Origin: Hormiphora californensis
Lineage: Eukaryota; Animalia; Ctenophora
NCBI GenBank assembly: GCA_020137815.1
Contig: CM035360.1
Location: forward strand, 3,596,001 to 3,660,000
DNA length: 64,000 nucleotides
Direction: 5' to 3'
How positions within the stretch are numbered: the stretch's first letter is position 1; every line of letters starts with the position of its first letter. The notes beneath the pieces are model-generated. The model was given only the letters and a program-made list of their open reading frames with translations. It did not search any database and had not been told where the DNA came from. Shown here piece by piece: positions 34,248 through 52,163 of this stretch. Position numbers and translations under genes: made by a program.

Positions 34248-36209
34248 TTAGTCAGTTTCGTCATCTTTTGGGCAGCCCTTTGACCACAGTGAATTATATT
34301 TTTCAGTGAAATAAGTAGAAGTTGTTTCCAAGTCTGGGACAACCTTTTTCAAAGGTTCTACGTATGAAGTTACTTTTTCCAAGTCTGGGACAACCCTTTT
34401 CAAAGGTTCTACGTATGAAGTTACTTTTTCCAAGTCTGGGACAACCTTTTTCAAAGGTTCTACGTATGAAGTTACTTTTTCCAAGTCTGGGACAACCCTT
34501 TTCAAAGGTTCTACGTATGAAGTTACAGTTTTCAAGTCTGGAATTGTGTCACAGAATCGGTTTAATCCATCTTTCAAAGGTTCCATGGAATGAGTTACAC
34601 TTTCCATGTCTGGAATTGTGTCACAGAATCGGTTAACTCCATCTTTAAGACAAGAATTAGGGAACAATTTCATTGTAGCACCTGTCCCGGTCATGGCGAT
34701 TCCTAGAATTACACCATAATAAGTTCCAAGTATAGAAGTTGCTCCAATCGATTGAAACCAAGCAAAAACAGATCCTGCTGCAACGTTTCCGATTGATGCG
34801 TGTGTCAGGGCAGCGAGAGTTTTAGCTACCACCCCCGCAGAGGTAAATCCCGCTCCCCAAACCATGAGGGTCGCCCCAGTGACAACCACCCCAGCGAATA
34901 TCAAACATTTCGACACTGAAAGATAGATGATGGTAGATAGATAAGGACTAAAAAGATTACTTAAGTTAATTCACTTTTACTGATTCGAATCGTTTCTATT
35001 TTAAGATGTTAAGTTAAATGATGCACAACTTTAGATGTTGAAAAAAATAACCGATTCGAGTTTATGTCAAACGAATGTTTATTAATGAGACGAAAAAATA
35101 GTTATGGATTCGAAAAGTTTTTATTTTATAGACGATAATTATCTTTATATGGAAATTGGAAAGTTATGATGACTACACAACTTGAATGGACTCAGCACTT
35201 ACTATCATTTTGACTCATTGAAGTTATATTGAGTGGGGGTAAGTTATAGTATCCTGCAGGCCATTTCACTTCTCCATTAACAAACTCAAGTTTCCACTCG
35301 GATTTAGCTATCCCATCGTCATCATCTGTACGTAAAATGTAACTTTGCGTCAATGTAAACAATTATTTAACTTGAACCACTGTGTACTTACCGTCTCTAA
35401 TTATCCCAGGTATTGGCAAAGATTTAACAACTGACAAGTCCCAACCAGTTGTTCTTATGGTACCTCCTGGACTGTCAGTTTTCAAATCTGAATGAGTTTT
35501 ATTGTTTGGATATATTTTTCATGTTATTTAGCATGCAAACAAGGCAAGTTTTCCATGTTTTTTTGCTTACCGTCATAGAGTTTCCCAAGTACAGGTAACG
35601 AGTTTCCGGTTAATAGCGAGTTCTCATAACCCGTTTTTCCACCGAAGAACTCCGTATCAGTACTGAAGTTGGTCAGCACAGTGTGTGGTTCTGAATAAGA
35701 AATGTGGTCAACAAAGCTGCATACTCAAACGAGTTTGCAAACACCCGAAGCTGTCAGTGAAATTAATTCATGAAGCAGTATTTTAATACTTACCGCCCTC
35801 AAGTGATCCAAGTGAAGGTAAGGAGTTTCCAATCGATAAAATTCCAACTCGTCCGTTGAAGGGCCATAGACCACATGTACCTTCAAAAATAAGGTACTTC
35901 ATGAAATGTCCTAAATATAAACCTGAGCCAGTATACAAATACAAATACAAATACAATTATAATTTATATCCCGCTTTTGGGCCTATGCATTGTTAGTGCT
36001 AGGAGGACGCCGTTTCAATCAGTCGATTGAAGCAACGCACCCACCACTAACAAGCCTTCTAAAGCGGCTGTAACGGTAACGATCATCGATCCCTAAAGTT
36101 TCTGACTGATTAATATTTACCAATTGATTTACTTCGCACGACTGGAGCAATGAAAATTACCTTCAGTCGTGTGACTTTTGGCTTCTTCTTTTTGCTCCAA
36201 GATCGCCAT
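34248..36209 (-). CDS. IFI27/ISG12 (Ifi-6-16) domain protein with C-terminal 17-aa repeats
   Basis: GFTSAGVVAKTLAA...GNVAAGSVFAWFQSIGA motif; five upstream phase-1 exons with gtaa donors; 51-bp coding repeats VVPDLEKVTSYVEPLK[KR]. Confidence 0.75.
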
Positions 36210-36769
36210 AACAACCTCAACAACTAGTAATCAATTTAAACATGGGTCTGCTTGTGGGGGTTTCACCCCCACACACCCCTGACCGACGCTGCCGCCCCTG
36301 CAGTCCCTGGGACTGAGAAGTATGATATGGAGTGGTGTTGGAATGCGCTGCAGCCCCCTAATGCGTGCACCCTCTGAACGAGGGAACTGGATAGGAGGGA
36401 ATAACAATAACTCATATTTCGTGGTGCCGACTGCCGATACGGAAAAAGAACTTGGCAAACGCTGCTGCAGCGCGGGATAAGAGTCTTACCCACGAGCGCC
36501 GTCCCTGGATAAGACAGCGCTTTTCAAAAAAAGAACTTGGAAAACGTTTAAAATTTAAAGACTTGAAAATCATGTCTTTTTTATTTGCTTTGGATCTTGA
36601 CCCTGGCCGAATCACATGCGCTGCTTATTACGTAACGCGCGACTTTGAAAATATTACGACGCATTTGTAATTATGTTACCGCGCGGCGCGAAGATTTTAC
36701 AAAATTCAAACTGTTTTCACTCTTGCGTGCTGGTTTCTTTTTCCGTTTTTGGTTATTTTTTGGTACCGT

Positions 36770-36960
36770 TTCGGAGCGAGCGGTCAGGAAGATCTGTGAT
36801 AGGCACAAGGAGTGTTACGCTGAAACCATGTCATTCATCCGTGAAAAGACACGATTCAGCTTATTGAGATCAACACTTGTTGCGCTTAGGGGCACCAAGA
36901 GGCAAGAGACGTGTGCTCCCAGTCAGAGTGGAAGATGTTGACTTTCGAGATACGTGAATA
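36770..36960 (+). mobile_element. Remnant 3' end of a CRE-like element
   Basis: YAETMSFIREKTRFSLLRSTLVALRG resembles YNDAIRYIRLRLSFCILKSVLIQIRG of the CRE at 26513. Confidence 0.6.
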
Positions 36961-37570
36961 GAGAGAGGGAGAATGAGTGTATAGAGTGTGTTGGTTATTT
37001 ATTGTTTTTACTTTTTTGGTACCCTAAATGCTTGACTGCCGACTGGTGTCTGGTATAATAGTTTTGGAATGAGAGGAGCTTATTCAAAACATGCTTTTTA
37101 GATAGTAGTGAGGGAAAATAAAACGCTTACACAGCCTAAACCCCAGTTGAAACTTGTAACGCGGGTGCCTTCAAAGTTTAGATTGAACCAATTAGCCATA
37201 CCTCCTCGATGTAGTAACTTAATCCTTTACATTCTAAATATCTATCTAAATATCTTCAATGTCATAGAACTTTATCCGTCCGGCAGTTTGTTACGTAAGC
37301 TATTTCAAGCTCCGAATTTTGTTAATTTGATTGAAACCCCGTCGGAGACTACATCTTGGCCTGGATAACACACAGTAATCTTTTTGTTTTCAGTGAAACA
37401 TGAACTTAACAAGCATGCTGTAACGCACCATTTTCTATGTATGTGACCTTAATTAGCGTTTGTTCATGTAGATGTCTCGACATGATCAGTCGAACTATTT
37501 AGAAGATTGGAGATTAATCGCCTAAATTTGAAAAATGACACACTTTTCGTTACTCGTGATTTATTTTCAG

Positions 37571-43050
<5,480 letters not shown>

Positions 43051-43932
43051 TTGGAGCTTTGTTTTGTAATGGACTACTTCATTGGACCTTTTTGTTTTTA
43101 ACACCGCGTGTAGATGAAAGTGTAGATGAAAATAAAACCTAACCAACCAACCAACGCCACTATAGCTTCTCCTGAGACCTGATCTGTACTGGAAATGTAT
43201 TTGTAACGTTATTTTAACTGATATTGAATAGGACGTTTCTGAAGTCTGCTGGTATTATCTAACAGTAGTGTTAATTTAATTCTTTGCTAGTTTTCCAACA
43301 AAAGACAGTGAGTTTTATCTTGGTAAAAATCAAAATTAAGAACAGAAACAGGGTCGTTTGAGATTTGTCAGTTGTTAGTGCGATCCCGGCTCACCCTCAG
43401 AGTTGCCATGACCTGACGAGTCTCCAAATGCCCAAATATGGCATAGACCGAGACGAATGAGTTGTAAGTGAAACCGCGGTTGACTGCGCGCGACATGACA
43501 GGTGTTGTGTTTTGACACAATTTCCGTTCCGCGCCGGACTGACATGGTATCCATTGCCATCTTTCACAGACCGGTGGTTTAGATTCAAAGGCTGTGATTT
43601 GGATTCACAGATTATGATTTGGATTCACAGACCGGTGATTTAGATTCAAAGGCAGTGGCTTTGGATTCACAGGCTGTGGTTTGGGCCGTGAAACTGGAAA
43701 ATGATATCCCAGTGCAATATCCACCAGACAAAATATGATAACAAGTCGGTTCACGGTTTTTAAAGATTCAAACTTTTGCCAAAAACTGATACAAATCACA
43801 TGCTTATAGAAAACAAAAAATCATAAAAAGACACACGGATATAGGACGTTGATAAGCTGATTCAAAACTAGGACTATTATATTCAAGAGTCAATTTCTCC
43901 ATCGCTCATGCACGATTCACTCATCTCCACGA

Positions 43933-46900
43933 TTAGATCTTGAGATCAGCGATAGAGCTAGCCAGAGCATCAAGATTCCAGTCCACAATCTTCCCGTCCA
44001 TACCAATAGAAGAGAACTGGGAACACTTCCCAGCTGAATCGCTCTTCTTTACTCGCAGTTCAATGATAGAGTTTTGATGGGTCGTATCCAAACTCGCATC
44101 TGCAGTAGGGAGAGGGTGAGTTAGAACAACAATGCTAGAAATTGGAGGAAATTTGATAAAATGAGGGTGATACGGCAGGAAAATAAAATCAAGGAAGAAA
44201 GATATCAACCCTCATTACTAAATAAAGTTAATATTGTACATTACCCTTTGTGTCGTCCCCTGTTCTGTCCAGAGCCTTGAAGCGTGCCATGGCACTCATA
44301 CCTCCACCTGCTTTCTTCCCCTTCACGTCCAACCTAAAGAAAAGGATATAGTTTAGCTGAACATAAAAAATTTAAAATATCTTGAATAATGGATTGAATA
44401 TTGAACTCACTAACTTATGATAATAATATCCCACCCACCACCCTAGTTACCTGATTCCCTTGGATACGGACTCTCCTCCTATCACCCTAGTTAACTGATT
44501 CCCTTGGATACGGACTCTCCACCCTAGTTACCTGATTCCCTTGGATACGGACTCTCCTCCCACCCTAGTTATCTGATTCCCTTGGATACGGACTCTCCTC
44601 CCACCCTAGTTACCTGATTCCCTTGGATACGGACTCTCCTCCCACCCTAGTTACCTGATTCCCTTGGATACGGACTCTCCTCCCACCCTAGTTACCTGAT
44701 TCCCTTGGATACGGACTCTCCTCCCACCCACCACCCTAGTTACCTGATTCCCTTGGATACGGACTCCCACCCACCACCCTAGTTACCTGATTCCCTTGGA
44801 TACGGACTCTCCTCCCTAGTTACCTGATCCCCTTGGATACGGACTCTCCTCCCACCCTAGTTACCTGATTCCCTTGGATACGGACTCTCCTCCCACCCTA
44901 GTTACCTGATTCCCTTGGATACGGACTCTCCTCCTCCCACCCTAGTTACCTGATTCCCTTGGATACGGACTCTCCTCCCACCCTAGTTATCTGATTCCCT
45001 TGGATATGGACTCTCCTCCCACCCTAGTTACCTGATTCCCTTGGATACGGACTCTCCTCCCACCCTAGTTACCTGATTCCCTTGGATACGGACTCTCCTC
45101 CCACGATGTTGAAGAGAGATGGGAAGTTATCGTGTCCACCACAGATCACACTATCCTCACTAGCCCAGATAACAGTCAGAAGGGGAAGGGATGGAGTCAG
45201 GGAGCGGATAACCTATCAAGAGAGTAAGGGTTAGGGTACCGTGCTATTTATTGTTTAGCGTGAACCAAAAATCAAACATGGTACAAGTTTATTTCAAATT
45301 CTCTCGATACCTACAAAGACCTACCGTGTCATGGTTGTTCATGTGAACAATATTGATGGAAGCATCATGGGCCACCCAGGCTAGTTTATCGCCCGAGGGG
45401 GAGAACTTGACAGAGTGGACCCATCCTTGGGTGGAGAACTCGGCCAGCATGGTCGCAAACTTGCTCAATTTGGGCATCCAGCCAGACGTTTCGGGTTTAT
45501 CGTTAGTCTCTGGAGAGGGGGAGGGGAAGGTAATTAAGGGTACGCTAACCAAAAATTTTTTTCGAGTGCAGGGAAATCTCTCACCGTAGGGTTGTAGGCC
45601 ATGCCAAGGAGACCTCAAATATGCAATTTGAGCTCTCAAGTCGAATTCATATTTTTGCTACAGCTGCTTGAAAAATGAACTGAAAATAAGTTTTTGGCAT
45701 CTTAAAAATACATTTGTAAAGATAGGATCATAAAAATTTGTGGATTTGAAGAGGCCAAAGATGTGAGTAGCCACAAAAAAATTTTTTGAAATCCGAGCTG
45801 ATTTCCGGTCCTGAGATGGATTTCTTTTTTTCCACTTTAACGCCATATTTGGCCAAGTTCCGAAAATATGTGAAAGCTGTAAATTGGTCAAAAGTTGCGT
45901 CTAACGATTCTCTATATGGCCATAAATTTTGGGCGCGTCCTTATTTGAGATAAGCTGTACAGAGTTTTTTTTGTGAAAGCCGTCATTTCAGAAATAAATA
46001 AATTCCCTGTATCTCAAAAACGGCTGATGGTAGAGACCTGAGAGTATGCTTAAACGATTCAGAAGGTCCGATTTTGGGGGGGTCTTCTGAGAGACATTTT
46101 GCTCCTACTTCAACCGTTTTTGCTGTAATTGCGAAAAACAAAAACCCATCTTCGCCATCGTGGATTTTTTGTGATTTTGTTTTTGGTGATTATAGGGACC
46201 CATATGGACCAAATAGTGAAGGAATTAGCTTGTTACACATTTGTCCAAAGTTTCGGTCCTTTCTTAGCCAAAATTCCCTGATTACAGGATATTGGAGTTT
46301 AGCTTTAGCCCTTTTCGTAGAATTTGTTTTTCGCAATTACAGCAAAAACGGTTGAAGTAGGAGCAAAATGTCTCTCAGAAGACCCCCCCAAAATCGGACC
46401 TTCTGAATCGTTTAAGCATACTCTCAGGTCTCTACCATCAGCCGTTTTTGAGATACAGGGAATTTATTTATTTCTGAAATGACGGCTTTCACAAAAAAAA
46501 CACTGTACAGCTTATCTCAAATAAGGACACGCCCAAAATTTATGGCCACTTAGATAATCGTTAGACGCAACTTTTCACCAATTTACAGCTTTCACATGTT
46601 TTCGGAACTTTGCTAAATAGGGCGTTAAAGTGGAAAAAAAGAAATCCATCTCAGGACCGGAAATCAGCTCGGATTGCAAAAATTTTTTTTGTGGTTATTC
46701 ACCTTCATGTCCTCTTCAAATCCCCAAATTTTCATGCTCCTATCTTTAAAAAAATTTTTTTGAGATGCCAAAAACGTATTTACAGGACATTTTTTAAACA
46801 GCTGTAGCAAAAATATGAATTCGACTTAAGGGCTAAAATTGCATATTTGAGGTCTCCTTGGCATGGCCTACAACCCTACGGTGAGAGATTTCCCTGCACT

Positions 46901-49900
46901 CGAAAAAAATTTTTGGTTAGCGTACCCTTAAGCAGGGAATTAGGTATCCAACAAGCCAAAGGGGTTACAATGTGCCCTTGGAAATTGAAGGGATTTAGGG
47001 AGATACATTGAAGCAAGGTTTTGTAACAGACCCTCCTATCTAAAAACAATACAACCTTTTAAATATTTCTACTAGTATTATAAACTAAAGTAAAGTAACG
47101 AAACTCAATATACAGTCGGACCTCGATTTAGTGGCACCCGATTTAGTGGCACCCCGATTTAGTGGCAGGATTTTTTTCCCCCGAGGATGCCACTAAATCG
47201 GGGTCCGACTGTATCATATCTTACCCTTTAGAGCGGAGGAGAAGACCCTACATTTGAAGTCACATGACCCAATTGCCAGGATATAATTGGATGGATGCCA
47301 ATCAACACACAAGATAGTTGATCGAATGGGTTTCTTGATGTGTTTACTGACCCACCTGGGAGAGAAGGGGGAGAATTAAGTCTGAATTACACCAATGACA
47401 GGTAATCCTCAAGTAAGGGGAATTGCCTCGTGTGAAGTTTCATTATAGTAGGTACTCTCCTAAACCTTGCCGGCGTTGCCAAGTTAGACTGTTATTCGTG
47501 CGCCCCGAATTTGAACAAAACAATGCCGGCGAGGATCTGTTAAGACGTGAATATTCAATATTTATCTGTCTTGATCAGACCTCCTGGAGCCCCCTGAACT
47601 GCCCCTAAACTTCAGTAGTAGTATAGTGTGCAAATATTTATAAGATGTGTGAGGTAAAGAAGACAATTGGAATGTAAACTGTATCATGTTAACATTGTCC
47701 AGACACCTCAACAACTGCTGCAACTTCCATTCCACACTGTCCTCAATTTTCTTAGATCATCTTTTGTTTATTCTTACAGTTGGAATAATAAACTAATTTT
47801 AGATTCTTGTTTCTCGGACACACCTGTAGTATGATTACAATGCAGGTGCAATTTCAGAACTATCTCACACTAAGGACTACCCGACCCTCTCTCCCCGCGA
47901 CGACAGAGAACACTTTCTGGTTCACATACATTGGTAGCTCGCTGGCAGAGATAGTTTGTCTGCCCGCTCTCTGTTAGAGCTGTTAACAGTACGAGTTAGA
48001 GAAAATAGAGCGAGAGAAAGATAGAGAGATAAAGAGAAAGATACAGAGATAGAGGGATGGGGAGATACAGAGGAAGAGAAAGAAATAGAGGGAGCTAGGG
48101 CCGAGGGAGAGAGAAGATAGAGGGAGGGAAATATAGAGGGAGGTAGAGAGAAGGAGATAGAGGGAGGGAGAGATAGGGATAGATAATTACAGTTTGCCTT
48201 TACTCCATGCTGAAGATACTCAATTTGCCTTGAACTATCGGCTTGTTCACGTGCTCAGTGCTGTGATATGGGGTGATATGTTACTGTAACCCCTTACTCA
48301 ACAAGTGATATGGTCATGCCCTTATATTTCTGCAGTTCGATAACTTGTTATCAACGTTGGAACCATCTTTTTACTAAAATTTTTCCAACTTTTTTGATCA
48401 GGTTTACTATTATGGATTTTTGTGAGTCGGTTAACACTACAACAAATAACCTATGGACCAATGAGGAGTTACGAAGGGCCGTGAACAACATTCGATCAAT
48501 ATTCTTCTTTATCTCAATTCCCATTTCACCTTTGGGGCTTCATCCTTAATGCCCTCTGTCTCACATTCTTCCTGCGCTACCAGAAGACAGGGATCGGCAA
48601 CAAACTGGTCATTGCACTAGTACATAGTCAACTGCTGGGGCTGTATGCTTAGTCCCAATTAACCTTGGTATCCCGTTGGGAGAGGGACCCCTTCTTTTCT
48701 GGAAGTTTCGTGGTTATGGTTGTCCTCTATTTGACCATGGCCTGGAAGGGACTAATAACGATAACTCTCTGGGGTGTCCGGATGTGGTCCATTTTGTTGC
48801 CACTTAGAAGTATCAGGGCCCGGGTTGTTTGGGCATGCCTGGCAGGGGCGATAATCCTCACTAACGTGGTTATCGCCAACAGCATGGCGTTTCCTGTACT
48901 ACCCGTATATGCAGGGACTATTTTGTGGCATAGTGGACGATGCAGACCTCGAATCAATTAACGAAAAAGTTGAGCAGAATTGCTATCAGAGTGCCACGGT
49001 GTTTATTTCAATACCTACTATCATTGGTATAACGCTCATCGCGATACGAAGACTAAAACAAAATGTGCCTTCCAACGGGTCGATCAGTGACGTTAAACAA
49101 AAAGCAATCAAAACCGTTTTATGTCTGTTAATCATCCAACTGTTTACAATGCTACCCCAGCCCTTTCTAGCCCTATACTTCTACATGATAAGGAGCAGAA
49201 ACGAGGATAGACTTGTGGAGGAGGATTACAGCATGCAAGTGATGGGGTTCTTGTACGCCCTCAATCTAACGAATACAGCTACTGCTGATGCGCTCGTGTA
49301 CTTGAAACGAAATGAAGCTCTGGACACGTGGGTAAAAACCCTTGGGAAGCGTGGGGTAGCAGTGAGATCGGCTGCAAAGACTCAAAGTGCACGAGTTAAG
49401 ACATGATATATTATATTTACTTATTCACTTAGCAATTTAAATTTGGTTGATGTTATTATTATATTATGTCAGCGATGAATTTGTATGTTATGTGTTACTG
49501 CGGGGAGGGAGCGACAGAGAGATGGGACATGCAACTAAAAACAAACAGTCCTACCATCATGGCATCATATATATGTGTGGCTTATGCAGGATTAGCAATG
49601 TAAAAACGTGCTCTTTACTTGTTCTCAGTTGTTCTCTGCTCTCTCCCCTGGCGATATTACGGTAAGATTCTTACCACGGTACCTTGCTCTCTCCTAGTTA
49701 AAGTAACGATCTTACCACGGTACCCTGCTCTCCCCTATAGTAGAGTCGATAACTACATCGACCTCTCCCAATTGTTCCAGTTTTTGTCACATCTGTTTGG
49801 AGCCTCGACACGACCTCTAAACAGGTGTTACTTTTTCACAAACTGTTTTCATCTTGGTGTAATCAGCAGTTGAAATGTTGCTGATCATAACAAAAACCTG

Positions 49901-52054
49901 ACTAAATTTTTTCAACTTGGGGTAAAACCATGGGTGTCAAAAGTTAGCTCTAGGTCCCCTGAGTAACCATCCGGAGACTCTAAGAGATATTTCAAGCCGT
50001 TCTCCCGTAATCATTAATCCCGGTGGAGAAAAAAATACAATGCGGACGTACGTGAGCGCTGGTAGGCTGTTTACATGTTATTGTATGTCTCTCACTCTCT
50101 CTGGAAAAACCGCACGTGCGGTTGCGCCGCGCGAGATAACTCTTTCTCAAGGGGGAGAAAAGAGAGAGACGCACATTAACGTTATACATTAAAGTTGAGG
50201 TTGTAGGCAATTGCACGTACGTCCATACTCAAATATGTGCTCTACCGGGATTAATGATTACAGGAGAACGGCTTGAAATATCTCTTGGAGTCTCCGGATG
50301 GTTACTCAGGGGACCTAGAGCTAACTTTTGACACCCATGGTTTTACCCCAAGTTGAAAAAATTTAGTCAGGTTTTTGTTATGATCAACAACATTTCAACT
50401 GCTGATTACACCAAGATGAAAACAGTTTGTGAAAAAGTAACACCTGTTTAGAGGTCGTGTCGAGGCTCCAAACTGATGTGACAAAAACTGGAACAATTGG
50501 GAGAGGTCGATGTAGTTATCGACTTTACTACTAGTTAAAGTAACGATCTTACCACGGTACCCTGCTCTCCCCTAGTTAAAGTAACGATCTTACCACGGTA
50601 CCCTGCTCTCCCCTAGTTAAAGTAACGATCTTACCACGGTACCCTGCTCTCCCCTAGTTAAAGTAACGATCTTACCACGGTACCCTGCTCTCCCCTAGTT
50701 AAAGTAACGATCTTTCCACGGTACCCTGCTCTCCCCTAGTTAAAGTAACGATCTTACCACGGTACCCTGCTCTCCCCTAGTTAAAGTAACGATCTTACCA
50801 CGATACCCTGCTCTCCCCTAGTTAAAGTAACACACACAGACTCACCAATCGTGTTCGTTCTCGTAGAAGCACACACTGAGAAGACGGGCACCACTGCCCA
50901 CAGCGAACCTGTCTTCAGCGGGACTCCATCTTATGTACGTGGCAGCCCTTTCAATCCTGGCCGGGGGAGTAAGGGGTTTGGTATCTAGGGGCCGGGGGAG
51001 TAAGGGGTTTGAGTAAGTGGGGTTGGTGGGAGAGAGTTGAGAAGTTCGATATATTGGGGGCCAGGGGGGGGGGTTATAATAATTGTCCTATTGTGAGTGG
51101 ATATTGGGGCGGGGGCTTATTGTGTTGTTATAGGTGGATATAGATCAAAGACAGTTACCGATCACATAATATCGGTATCATTAGTCATTCCCAGGTCATT
51201 CCCAGGAGAGTTACACTAATTTTCATTCCAAGCTGTCTCCTATATCTCTCTTACCTAAGCAGAACAAGGGATGGTTCCCATACACCGGTAGTCTCGTTCA
51301 AGTTCCAAACATAGGCGTTCCTGTCCCCGGCACAAGTTGCAATTCGGTTGGTCTTGGGGGCCCAGTCGACACACTTAACACGCTCGATATGCTGTAAGTG
51401 ACCGGGTGAGGTGGAATTCATAACCGGTAAAACTCAAAATAATCCTAACTTTCGTAGCAGGAGCATATAATTTGTAGCTATGTAGTAAATACTAAATTGA
51501 GACTCTCCGAATACTACTCTCCGAATCCTACACTTACTTTCACTCCCTCTCAGTTCTCACTCTCTTCTAGTTAAAGTAACGATCTCACGGGATCTCACCA
51601 GGAACCGACCGAATCAGGAAATACTGGTCCCTGATTGGCTGATAACCAGTCACGTGACCTAAATAACAAGTTCTGATTGGTTGTTTACTTGTTTCGGTCG
51701 GTTCCTAGATCTCACCTTCTGCAGCTCGGTCTCCTTGGTCCATTTTCCGTTTGCATCTTTCGCGTACACATAGACAGTAGTGGAGTTATCACTCACGACC
51801 AACTTGTCCAAGGCTCCATTGAAGGCATGGCTCGTCACGGGGCTGCCCACAAACAATTGCTGAGATGGATTTATGATAACTTTACATGGAATTGAGAAGG
51901 CTTTACCTATTTGATCTTGTACACATGAGCCAGCTTACAGCTCAGGTCATAGCACTGGCAAGTGCCCCGGGCCCAATTTATCTATATTTCACACCGAGTC
52001 TAACATAGAGTAGCTGTCACGGTCACTAATTACCTGTTCAGTTTTGGTAGTCAT
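43933..52054 (-). CDS. ARPC1: Arp2/3 complex subunit 1 (p41-Arc, WD40), 9 coding exons
   Basis: [109 protein letters not shown]. Confidence 0.95.
44440..45104. repeat. 41-bp minisatellite spanning an ARPC1 splice donor
   Basis: About 16 copies of CCACCCTAGTTACCTGATTCCCTTGGATACGGACTCTCCTC. Confidence 0.92.
45538..46927. mobile_element. Palindromic Kolobok-like MITE
   Basis: TTAA TSD, GGGTACGCTAACC termini, ~600-bp inverted arms. Confidence 0.85.
47113..47211. mobile_element. Tc1/mariner-type MITE
   Basis: TA-CAGTCGGAC...GTCCGACTG-TA. Confidence 0.85.
48412..49406 (+). pseudogene. Intronless 7TM/class A GPCR-like sequence nested antisense in an ARPC1 intron, frame-disrupted
   Basis: N-terminal sequons, GFILN TM1, [10 protein letters not shown] after TM3, KAIKTVL..TMLP TM6, DALVY TM7; at least 2 frameshifts and a stop. 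Confidence 0.65.
49660..50830. repeat. 41-bp minisatellite (TTACCACGGTACCCTGCTCTCCCCTAGTTAAAGTAACGATC)n interrupted by a MITE
   Basis: About 2 copies left and 7 right of the insertion. Confidence 0.9.
49738..50530. mobile_element. Palindromic Academ-like MITE
   Basis: TAGTA termini, 3-bp TSD CTA, ~290-bp arms. Confidence 0.8.
51599..51707. mobile_element. 109-bp hAT-like MITE at an ARPC1 donor site
   Basis: TIR AGGAACCGACCGAA; 8-bp TSD GATCTCAC. Confidence 0.8.
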
Positions 52055-52163
52055 GGACTCTGGTCAGTCAACACGACTTGAAGTCTATAATCTAGAAAAC
52101 AAGAACAACATCATATTCAGCGAATAAACTGATATTGGCGACAGGCGAGGTATAACAGCTTTA

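Noticed and set aside
44440-50830. 41-bp repeats as CRISPR arrays
   Set aside because: Contiguous units, no unique spacers, no cas genes, eukaryotic introns
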